Shown here: one piece after another, positions 54,346 to 64,000 of the stretch
Position numbering within the stretch: the first letter of the stretch is position 1
Layout: each line of letters opens with the position of its first letter
Translations under genes and position numbers: made by a program
Assembly (NCBI GenBank): GCA_034226945.1
Contig: CP120458.1
Span: 124,001-188,000 of the forward strand
Length of the DNA stretch: 64,000 bases
Reading direction: 5' to 3'
From: Picochlorum sp. SENEW3
Taxonomy: Eukaryota
Notes under the pieces: model-generated
Database searches by the model: none
What the model was told of the DNA's origin: nothing
The model's input: only the letters and a program-made list of their open reading frames with translations

Positions 54346-55989
54346 ATGGAGGATTCCAGCGAACGGGGAACAAGGAAGGAGTACGAGGGGACGAACTCTC
54401 ATTATTATGATCATTATCATTACGGCCGTAATGCCCGCGGGCAAAACTACCATACAGTGCCCGGAATGGCTAGCATGCAGCACGGAGCAACCGTGTACGC
54501 TGATGCCGGTCCTTATCAAATATATCCATATATGTATTATGTAAATTGTGTACCATACCCACCATGGTACGCATCAGAGTATCAGGGGTCGCTGCAGGAA
54601 GATCACAATGCCAGTCATACACCCAGTGCTATTGCCATTGGTGGTAATCAAGAGAAGGGTAAACGATCTTCAAAGCGTCGACCAATGAGGTCTTCAAAAG
54701 CTATTATTGGCGCTCCGAATCTCTTGAGAAGTGAGAAGTCAGCTATTTCATCGATTATTGGCCTCTCTATTCCAGATAAAGAGTTTCAAATGCGTGAGCA
54801 GGAATTTCAGATGCCTCTGCATGAGTCACTATCTATGGAGGCGGCCCATTATAAATTTATTTCTTTGGAAATATATAAGAAGGGCAGTGAAGATATCAGT
54901 AGTGTGGCGTTGAATGGCGATGTTAGAAAGTTGGACCGTGATGTGGTGCGACGACTGGCATTTCACCAGGAAGGGTCCAAGGCACTGCAGAGAATGATCC
55001 TATCGCATGTCAAGGTACATGAACTATCAGAAATATGTCGATCATCTCAAGGGACGGAACCTACACCACCAAGAGATGAATCACAGCAGTTTATTAATCA
55101 GATGTATGATGCCCTATCCAAAGATATTGTGAACTTATGCCTGGACATGTACGGCAATTATACAGTGCAGTGTTTGCTGATGCATGCATCTCCTACTGTT
55201 GTAGCAAGCCTAGGAGACATGATAGTGACACACGTTGTGCCACTCTCTTTGAACTTTTATGGTTGCAGAGTGGTCCAGTGTGCCATGGAACATCTGCCCA
55301 TGGAGTATAGATCTAAAATGTGTGACGCCTTAGAACCACTTGCATTACACTGCCTTCAAAGTCAGAATGCCAATCATGTGATTGATGGTCTTCTGACGTT
55401 ACCTTGGAGAGACAGACCAGCTCATGCAGTGCAAATACATGCGTCCATATGTCGCCATGCCCCTCTCTTGGCGACGCATAAGTACGGAGTAACCGTATTA
55501 GACACTGCATTGGAGTCTGATATTGCTAAGAATGTATCGAAAGAAGCCACCCAGCGTCTCCTTCAGATATTGGGTGACCTAATCTATGACGAGTTTGGGA
55601 ATTATCTGATCCAGAATTTGATACAATCGAATCTATACGGGACCCGTCGTGCTGTACATGAATTTCTGTTGCATTGTCCTCTGTTGACACTGTCCTGCGA
55701 TAAATTCGGCTCAAATGTCTTTGAAACTTCTCTTTCGAACAGTACACAAAAACAGATTGATGCAGTAATCACCACATTCCTTCAGCAATGTCAGGCTGCA
55801 GGGCAGATCGATGAGGTAGTAGCCAATGTATCTATCGATAGATATGGAAACTATATCGTTCAGAAGATGCTGGCGATGTCATCATTTAGACTTCGTCAGT
55901 TATTGTTCAGCCACCTGGCACCACATAGCGCCATGCTTATAGAGAGCAAGCATGGCAGGCACACTGCCAAACAACTCCTCGGAATATGA
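54346..55989 (+). CDS. Pumilio/PUF RNA-binding protein
   Basis: Repeats HQEGSKALQ, DMYGNYTVQ, NFYGCRVVQ, SQNANHVI, HKYGVTVL, DEFGNYLIQ, DKFGSNVFE and DRYGNYIVQKML. Confidence 0.92.
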   Translation: MEDSSERGTRKEYEGTNSHYYDHYHYGRNARGQNYHTVPGMASMQHGATVYADAGPYQIYPYMYYVNCVPYPPWYASEYQGSLQEDHNASHTPSAIAIGGNQEKGKRSSKRRPMRSSKAIIGAPNLLRSEKSAISSIIGLSIPDKEFQMREQEFQMPLHESLSMEAAHYKFISLEIYKKGSEDISSVALNGDVRKLDRDVVRRLAFHQEGSKALQRMILSHVKVHELSEICRSSQGTEPTPPRDESQQFINQMYDALSKDIVNLCLDMYGNYTVQCLLMHASPTVVASLGDMIVTHVVPLSLNFYGCRVVQCAMEHLPMEYRSKMCDALEPLALHCLQSQNANHVIDGLLTLPWRDRPAHAVQIHASICRHAPLLATHKYGVTVLDTALESDIAKNVSKEATQRLLQILGDLIYDEFGNYLIQNLIQSNLYGTRRAVHEFLLHCPLLTLSCDKFGSNVFETSLSNSTQKQIDAVITTFLQQCQAAGQIDEVVANVSIDRYGNYIVQKMLAMSSFRLRQLLFSHLAPHSAMLIESKHGRHTAKQLLGI

Positions 55990-56977
55990 TAAACCGCGCT
56001 GTTGATGACGCGTGATTTTTGTATTCATACTGGTTCCTTGTATTTGTGTCGTTTTCTTTAAAATCACATTCCTCGTATATAGCCAATATATTACATTAAT
56101 AATGCACTAGTTTGTACTGCCAACAAACTCTCCAGGAAGGGCATCATGACAAGAAGTCATAGATCTCAACGATAGTACCAGTCCTATAATATCAGGAGAG
56201 AAGGAGGAGATATGGCGCAATGTATGACTTCGACCGTCGAACACCTACCAGAAGTCTGCAATGTTTGAATTTCTATTAGAGTAAACATTGCAGATAACTA
56301 TCCGAGAATGCCACGCCTTACAATCACATTAATTGACAATGAATAACAAATCAATACTGATCCACTATGTCCTCTTCTTTTTCCATGAGCTTACTTGCTA
56401 ACCTCACAACTCAACATGAGAAGAGTTCACTTTCCCAAGCATACTGCCACTCCCAGCATCAATCAAACGAATCCCTATTTCGTGCATTCGGAATTCTTTG
56501 TTGGAAAAAGAAAACTTGGTTCTGAATATATTGAGTGAAAGGCTTGCTCTGTCCTGTTGAAACTCGAGCTCTTACATGCATAACTACTCCTGAGTAGTCT
56601 GGATCCAGACATGTCTTGTCTAGATAGACTTTAGCTACTTGATTCCTGTTACCTGGTAATATTTCGTGGGGATACCTATCATTATGTGCACATCAAGCCT
56701 ACTATTGACATCTGCTGAAAATACAGTTGATCTAGAAATCAGATCTGTCAGTTCTGAAGAGATTGGAGCACAGATAACGAATAACAACGCAGAAACCAAT
56801 CTCAGAACTCATCAAGGCTACGACAACAACCACATGTGGTACTTTCTATTAATGCTCATTCTGGAAGGGATATATAACCCAGTTCACCATCTAGATCTCG
56901 TGGATCCCGAAGCAAGTATGCATGCCGCATGTCTGAAGGCAATGGTCATCCTCCAAAATACATGGATTCACATTCCA

Positions 56978-58207
56978 CTATAGGGTAGGAACTTTTCTTT
57001 TGATCAAGCCATTGAGAAAGTCAAAACTGTTTCCATCTGGATGAAGTTCGCATGCCTGCCCTGCATCATCCACACCCAGCAAATGCCCCTGGTCTGTCAG
57101 ACCCACAATGGTGACAACAGACCCATCCGAGGCATCATCCTCTCGTACCACAACCTTTTGTCCGGTATGCATCCACGATGCATAATACTCTGATCTAAAT
57201 GGTTCAAAACCACGAGAGGCGAGCCCATCCAGCATGCCCTCCAGGGCATTTGATATGCCAGCCACAATCTCCTCTCTGGTAAAGGCAATGCCACCATGAT
57301 CATGATGCTCTCCTGCGATGCAATCTCGCAGCATGGCATTCAGGCATGTTGTGGGCTCTTCATTACTCACATTAATGCCAATCCCAACAGTCATGAAAAA
57401 GGCATTATCTCTGTATGACGAATGGCACAGAACACCACCAATCTTCAATTTTGACTGACCATCATAAATGTCATTCGGCCACTTGATTCGCACATCCATT
57501 GATTGCGCAGCCCCGTGTCCCTGTAACTTATCCCTACCAAGCCTCGTCACAGTCTGCACGACCGCAAGTGACACCAGATACTGCACAAAAGGCAATGTCA
57601 CACCCTCCCCACCATACCGTATGCTCATGGAACACATGAGACACCCCTCTGGAGACGCCCATGTATTACCCCCTCGCCCCTTTCCCCCCGTCTGCCTATC
57701 AGACACAAACAGTGTCCCGTGAGGCACCTTCCCTGCCCTCTGCTGCAACGATGCCTGCGTCGACAACGTATCAGAGGCAGTCACCAACACCCGACCCAAC
57801 CCAGCCTGTCGAGTCTTGAGCAATGAAAAATACGACGCATGGTCAAAAGACGATACTGATGACAATACTGTCCTCGCATCATATATCCCACAAACTCGCC
57901 CCATGGCATCCTCAGATACATCCCCCCCACCTCCAAGGCACTCTCCCATCAACCCTCGAACATCCTCCTCCCCAGCAAATACCATGCACCCACCCTCCTC
58001 CATGTTGGCCTGTGCTACCACTCTGTTTCCTCTCCTACTCCTACTCCTACTCCTTCTTATTATTGTTATCGTAGAATGATACAAAGAAGAAGAAGAAGAA
58101 GAAGAAAAAGAAGGCAGAGATGACCTCTTCAGGTTCACTAGAGTATCCAACAATCTAGAATGACCTCGTAGGAAATACCGAACAGGGACCAAGCTCTGTG
58201 CCTTCAT
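56978..58207 (-). CDS. Biotin--protein ligase (holocarboxylase synthetase)
   Basis: QTGGKGRGGNTWASPEGCLM, IKWPNDIY, KIGGVLC, VGIGINV and ELHPDGNSFD. Confidence 0.95.
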   Translation of the reverse strand: MKAQSLVPVRYFLRGHSRLLDTLVNLKRSSLPSFSSSSSSSLYHSTITIIRRSRSRSRRGNRVVAQANMEEGGCMVFAGEEDVRGLMGECLGGGGDVSEDAMGRVCGIYDARTVLSSVSSFDHASYFSLLKTRQAGLGRVLVTASDTLSTQASLQQRAGKVPHGTLFVSDRQTGGKGRGGNTWASPEGCLMCSMSIRYGGEGVTLPFVQYLVSLAVVQTVTRLGRDKLQGHGAAQSMDVRIKWPNDIYDGQSKLKIGGVLCHSSYRDNAFFMTVGIGINVSNEEPTTCLNAMLRDCIAGEHHDHGGIAFTREEIVAGISNALEGMLDGLASRGFEPFRSEYYASWMHTGQKVVVREDDASDGSVVTIVGLTDQGHLLGVDDAGQACELHPDGNSFDFLNGLIKRKVPTL

Positions 58208-58533
58208 TCCATGTCATGTTTCACATCTATACACCTTCTTCTTGTTGCTGTTGCTCTTCGCCAACGAGGATAGACACCATGCTGTTTGAATTGAATGCAT
58301 ATTTCTATTAGATAATATAAATACTTGTTGCTCCTCAGAGAGCAATATATTGCTACTACCATGCTACGGCCATGCCATGGAATTAAAAAATGCTCATTTA
58401 CGGAACTTTCCTTTCTCTGGGATGACTAGTACAACAATACCATCCACACCAATATCAACTAGAGTATTCCATGTACATTTTTTAATAAATCGAGACAAGA
58501 GCAATAGTACTAGAACATCTGCCAGCAGCAACC

Positions 58534-58914
58534 ATGAGTGCCGCATGGAAGAGCGCTCTGTCCAAAAATCTCCAAGAACTACGATTACTTGTCTCTACAA
58601 CATCCCCAGGCAGCAAGGGACTTAGAGAATTCGTAGAAAATTCATATATAGAGTTAAAGAAATCAAACCCACTCTTTCCCATCCTGGTGAGAGAGAAGAC
58701 TGAGGTAGATGCCACTGTCATTGCCAGATATGGTACGAGTATCTTTTTTAATTCTTTCTAAAGTAAGATGGTGTTATTCTGATGGCTATCTGATATTCAT
58801 ATAGAGTATGGGGTTGAACAGGCAGTGCGTGTAGAAGGTATGGATCAAGGTCAGGTGGCCAAGGCTGTGCAATTGTTGGTGGAGCAAGGGCAGCAAGAGT
58901 CTTCTTCTTCTTAG
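58534..58914 (+). CDS. NDUFA2: NADH:ubiquinone oxidoreductase B8 subunit, 2 exons
   Basis: LQELR..SPGSKGLREFV..Y.ELKK.NP.FPILVRE..ARY|EYGVE, with a GT-AG intron at ~58732-58804. Confidence 0.88.
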
Positions 58915-59170
58915 AGTATTATTATTCCTGTTCCAGAGCCTTGTATCATGACCATGGTGATGATGATGATGAATGTATAGAATGTAATAGCACTAGTAAT
59001 ATAGTAGTAGTAGTAGTTGAACACGCATCAAGAAGAAGAAGACTCTTCATTATCATGAAGAAGAAGACTCAGCCTGCAAGTATTAGAGCAGAGGTACTCG
59101 TATGCTGCAATACTGCAATTAGTACTGTTCTTAATAGTAATACCTATAGATAGCTATAATAATAATAATA

Positions 59171-62100
59171 ATGAGTCAAGAACAGCAGCATGATAGGGCG
59201 GTAGAAGAGGCTCGGGGATTGCCGTTGGCAGAACGAATCAGACATTCGAACTGGAAGGTTCGGACAGAAGCCTTTGAATATGTGACAGAGGAATGTAATT
59301 CTCTTCATGGTGTGGAATTTGATGGTGATGGTGGGAAGGAGAGGGCTCGGCAGGGGATGCTGTCGATTGGAATGTTGTTGGCCAAGGCGGTTGGGGATCC
59401 GAATGCGAATGCGATAGATAAAGCTCTGGATGCGCTGGGTTCGTATTTAGATAATGTAGTTGTTGATGTGTCAGAGGCTGTGGGGGTGGCTGGAGAGGCA
59501 TGCAAGGTTATGGCGGTGTCGTGTTTGAAGGCACGGGCTGGGACGGTGGGGAGGGCCAAGGAGGTGTACATGAAGTGTATCGAGTGGGAGCAAGGGGAGC
59601 GGGTGGTGGAGGCTTTGGTGGAGAAGGGGATGGAGAGTAAGGTTCCGAAGGCTGTTGTGGCGGCGTTGGATGTGCTGCTGGAGGCGGTTGGGTCGTTTGA
59701 AATGAGGAGCAAGGGGGGGTCGAGTGAGAGGGCGTTGGATCCACGGCCGATTATGCAGGCGTTGCCAAAGGTGTTTACGCATTCGAATGCGGCGGTTCGA
59801 GGCAAGGTGAAGGATATTGTGGTGGAGATGGGTGTGCATCTTGGGGTTGGGGTTGTGCAAGGGACGCTGATTGATGCCTTGCCTGATGTTATGAAGAAAG
59901 AGGTGGTGGAGAGCCTTTCTTCTGCGTCGAAGGAGAGGCGGTTTGAGAAGCGGTATTTGAGGCGGGAGCAGGTGCGCGAGGAGGAGGAGGATGTGGAGAT
60001 GATGGATGTAGAAGAGGAGGAACAAGAAGCAGCAGCGTGTGTGGAGCCAGGCATGGAGGATGCGTTCGAGTATGCGACGCCGGTGGATATTCTACCAGTG
60101 CTACAGAAGACGAGTTTGACTGTGGGGGATGATACGTTCATGTTTTGGGATTGTTTCGAGAGCAAGAAATGGAATGTTCGAAAGGCTGCTGTGGAAAAGA
60201 TCAAGGATGTTGCATCGGTGCCTCGATTGGCTCTGGGGGACTATTCTGGAATTGTCCGAGAGTTGAAGAAGATATTGTCGAAAGATGCGAATATACACTG
60301 TGCTGCTGGAGCGGCCTCTGCGGCAGAGAATATGGCAAAGGGGCTTCGAGGGGACTTTTATCAGTATGCAAAGCAATTGTGCTCTGCCATCATGTTTCGA
60401 TTCAAAGAGAAGAATCCTGTGATGAGCCAGGCTGCAGATTCATCTTTACAGGCATTTGGAACGTATTGCTATTCATTGAAAGATATTTCGGATGATATTG
60501 TGAGCTCCTTGGGTCAAAAGAATCCGAAAGTCAAGTATGATACATTGCGATACCTGGAATATATGGTGTCTCTGGCAGACAAGGTGGCTGTATCACAGTG
60601 CAAAGACGCTCTTGCTGCGGCAGTCAAGCTTGCTCCGGATGCGGATGTGAAGATTCGCGAGCAGTCTCAGACCGTGATTGTTGCATATGCACAGAAACTT
60701 GGTGGCTTTGGGGCGATAAAGTCGTATCTGAATGGATTGGATTCCAGCAGGAAGGATCTGATTGAAAAGGCAGTGTTGGAAGCAAGAAATTCAAATGCGT
60801 CTACAAAGGAGACAAAGGCGCCAGTCGCAAAGGCGAGGAGACGCGATGTGCAAAAGGAAAATGATAGTTCTGCTAGAATACAGGCTGCTTCACACAAGCA
60901 GCCAAAGCAGAAGAAACAGCCTGAGAGCAAGCGTATTGAGCAGAAGAAAGCAACATCTGTGCCTGAAACAAAGCAGCATGGTGCCAAGGCTGTAGAGAAT
61001 CCAATGTCATCAGAACGCGCCGAGGAGTTTCTGATGCAGACTGTGGGGGCTGAAGTATTAGAAGATTTACAATCTCCATCATGGCAAGCACGGCTCGAGG
61101 GTATGAATACAGTGTTGGACAGATCCAGTGAAATATTTGCAGGTCAGGATGGCAATCTGATCTTAGCCTTGACCAAGGTACCTGGGTGGGGTGATAAAAA
61201 TTTCCAGGTGTTGAACAAATTGTTTGAAGTATGTACCAAGGCAGCTGAAGAATCTGGAGATTTTGGACCGGCTCAGGCATGCTGTGTTGTTGAAGGAGCT
61301 GTGGAAAAGATTCACGAACTGAAGCATAGAGCCCAGGCAAGCAATGCTCTGACGGCCACGTGTGAGCGTGTTGGCCCACAGTATGTCGTATCCCTTGTTC
61401 ATCAGAAGGCGGCATGGCATAAGAATCCAAAGGTACTCTCTGAATCTCTGTCTTGGATGGCCAATACAATTGATCAATTTGGCTACAAGGAAATCGACAA
61501 TCAAGGCAGCGTGTTGGCATGGATGAGGGATGACCTTGGTTCTGCCAATGCACCTGTGAGATCGCAGGCCATTGCACTTTTGGGAGTCTGTCATTCTCAA
61601 GTCGGCTCAGGGCCATTCCAAGGATTGCTTGAATCATTGAAACCAGCCCTGGTAACATCTATCCAGGAGATGTTTGCAAAGAAACCGGTGGATACCACAT
61701 ATGAACCCACCAAGAGGAAGAGAGAAGGGTCGACAATTGTTGACAACAATGTCTCATCGCCTCTGGAGAGTGACGAACTTTTGGAGCACGATCCAGTTTT
61801 AATTCAGGAAGAAGTTGAAGATGTAGTAGAAAGAGTAGATGTTGCGCATCAGTTGAATGATTCTCTGATTGCCCAGCTCTCCAGCACAAACTGGAAGGAA
61901 CGAAATGCAGCGGTAGGTTCTGTGGAAGACATTCTGACATCTGCAAAGCATATTACTCCAAATCTTTCCTCAGAGTTTTTGGTTGCGCTCAAAGGACGTT
62001 TTGGAGACGCCAACAGAAATTTGGCTGCGAAGTCCCTCCATGTCACCAGTCAGTTGGCTGCAGCAGTTGGCTCCCCCTTTGACAAGCTGGCGCATGCCAT

Positions 62101-64000
62101 TGTTCTCGATCCTGCTATTGCAAATCTAGCAGATACGAAGAAGCAAGTCCGTGACGCTGTGGTAACTTTGCTAGACTCTTGGGGTAAGACATGCCCGCGT
62201 GAAAGGTTATACCCAGCATTATTAGCAGCTGTTTCAAATCCAAAAGGCCACTCAGACGGAAAAGTGGCAGCATTGAAGTGGATGTTGGACAACTTCCAGT
62301 CGAATAGCTCAAAATGTAGAGAAATATCGGCAAAAGCAGCTTCCTTTGCGTCAAAGGATAAAGTCGCTGCTGTCCGGGAAGTTGGTGGAGAATTGGGCAG
62401 GCTTGCATCTGGTGCCCCAACAAGTACTCCAGCAAAGCCTGCACTGTCGCAGAAGCCAAGAATTCCAGTTACCGCTACACCAAAGCGGTCGAATACGACT
62501 CTAGAGGCCAAGTCGGAGAAGGTGAGGGGAATTGCATCTAGAAACTCTGCAAAGAAAGTAGCTCCAAGAATGGCTGATGCTGAAGATGATGTTGATGATC
62601 CTCTTCTTAGGATGGGGCACGGTAAAGGTGCAAGATTGAGGCAATTCAGACCAAAGCCAGGAGATTTTTTGCCTCCTACACTTCAAGAACGCAAGCAATT
62701 AGAGGAAAGCATGCTCCCAGTGGTGTGTCCATCTCTTCACAAGCAAATGTTTAGTTCAGATTTCCAGGATCATGTTTTGGCTGCCGAGGCGTTGCTGAAT
62801 GCCACCCCAACCCTCATGTCTGAGATATCAACATCGTTGGATTTCATATTCAGATGGCTTGTGATTGTTTTGTGTGATTCAAATACCCGTTCAACGGTCA
62901 AATCGCTTGAACTGATCAAGGCAATTCTGGAAACTCTAGAAGATGATGGGTACAGGCTGAGTGATATGGAGGCCCATCTTCTGCTCCCAGGAGTTATTGA
63001 GAAGAGTGGTCAAAATCAGGACTACCTCAGGACATCTTACAGGAACGTCATCGTTCAAACATCGTCGGTGTATAATCCAGCGAAAGTAGTCGATTATATT
63101 GTCCAGGGGCTGAACTCAAAGAATTCTAGATCAAAGACTGAATGCTGCAAGGCACTCTGTGAAATTGTAGAGCGCCATGGTGGCAAGTGTATAGTGACAG
63201 CTAAACAGAGCCCAGTTCTGAGCCTTTCTGAGGTATGTTGGACATTCGTATGTTTTACCCACTTTTTTCGTCGCTAACATCATTGTGTTGCCTGTTTCAG
63301 TTTGCAATGGAGAGGGATGCAGCTTTGAGATTGTCTGCCATGAAAGCTTTGGAAGCAATACAAGACGCTCTTGGTAACGATACGTTTTTGACTCTGCTCA
63401 GTAAATGCGAGGAAAAGAACATGGACGTCATTCAAAGCAAGCTGGCCAGAAAAGATGTCCAGGACGAGGCACCAATGCCAGTAGAGACAATCACTCCTGA
63501 AGCATCTAAATATCTAGAGCAAGCAAATAAGACACAGTATAGCGCCCCAAAAGCCTATAATGCAATGGAAATTTCATATAGAGATGCATACACGCCACAT
63601 TCGCTGGGTCTGACTCCTGAAACTGAGACGCATGATGTTGATTATTCAGGCCATGCCCAAGCAGCTATGACTCCTGTCCCTGCAGATCCAATGCCGGGAG
63701 TCGATAGTGGTAATATTGAGACGCCAGTTCCACAAGACTTGAAGCTGACACCGGGTTTGCACGAGGTCGACCAGAGTTCCCCAAGTGTATCATCATATGA
63801 TGATGACGAAGTAGAAAACAGGCTGGAACAGTGCATAGAATCCATGTATTCAACGGATTTGTCTATTGCTGTCGAAGCAACAAAGCAGATTTGCGCTGAT
63901 ATCATGATGATATCATCACAGGATACTCGCGCTCCCTCGAAAAGAATTCTAGCAGTACTCTCAAGTTCTGCAGATCGCTTCTTCTTGGCTATTTGTGCTC
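59171..64000 (+). CDS. MOR1: XMAP215/MOR1 TOG-domain microtubule polymerase (3' end outside window; intron ~63233-63300)
   Basis: Successive TOG domains with NWKVR, KKWNVRK, SWQARLEG and NWKER signatures. Confidence 0.92.

Overview
A gene-dense eukaryotic nuclear window with short GT-AG introns and very short intergenic spacers. The gene content (plastid-targeted ferredoxin and leuB, MOR1, ACBP4-like, SBP2) points to a compact green-algal genome; a Picochlorum-like trebouxiophyte is my inference, not something the sequence proves. About 35 protein-coding genes are recognisable, mostly housekeeping. The standout is a ~4.5 kb island (16885-21352) carrying two intronless, head-to-head genes. They encode an McrB-like AAA+ GTPase and an McrC-like PD-(D/E)xK nuclease, i.e. 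an apparently complete prokaryotic-type modification-dependent restriction module in a eukaryotic chromosome. The island is bracketed by a 182-bp direct repeat of the 3' end of the neighbouring reductase gene. A second accessory region (50063-57224) is bracketed in the same way by a 115-bp copy of part of the biotin ligase gene. It holds a repeat-rich membrane protein, a poly(A)-tailed retroposed insert with a 13-bp TSD, a PIF/Harbinger-type MITE and a Pumilio gene. Other notable items are an intronless bacterial-type thermonuclease and chains of perfect palindromes in accessory intergenic DNA. All family assignments come from motif recognition by eye; no database searches were run.
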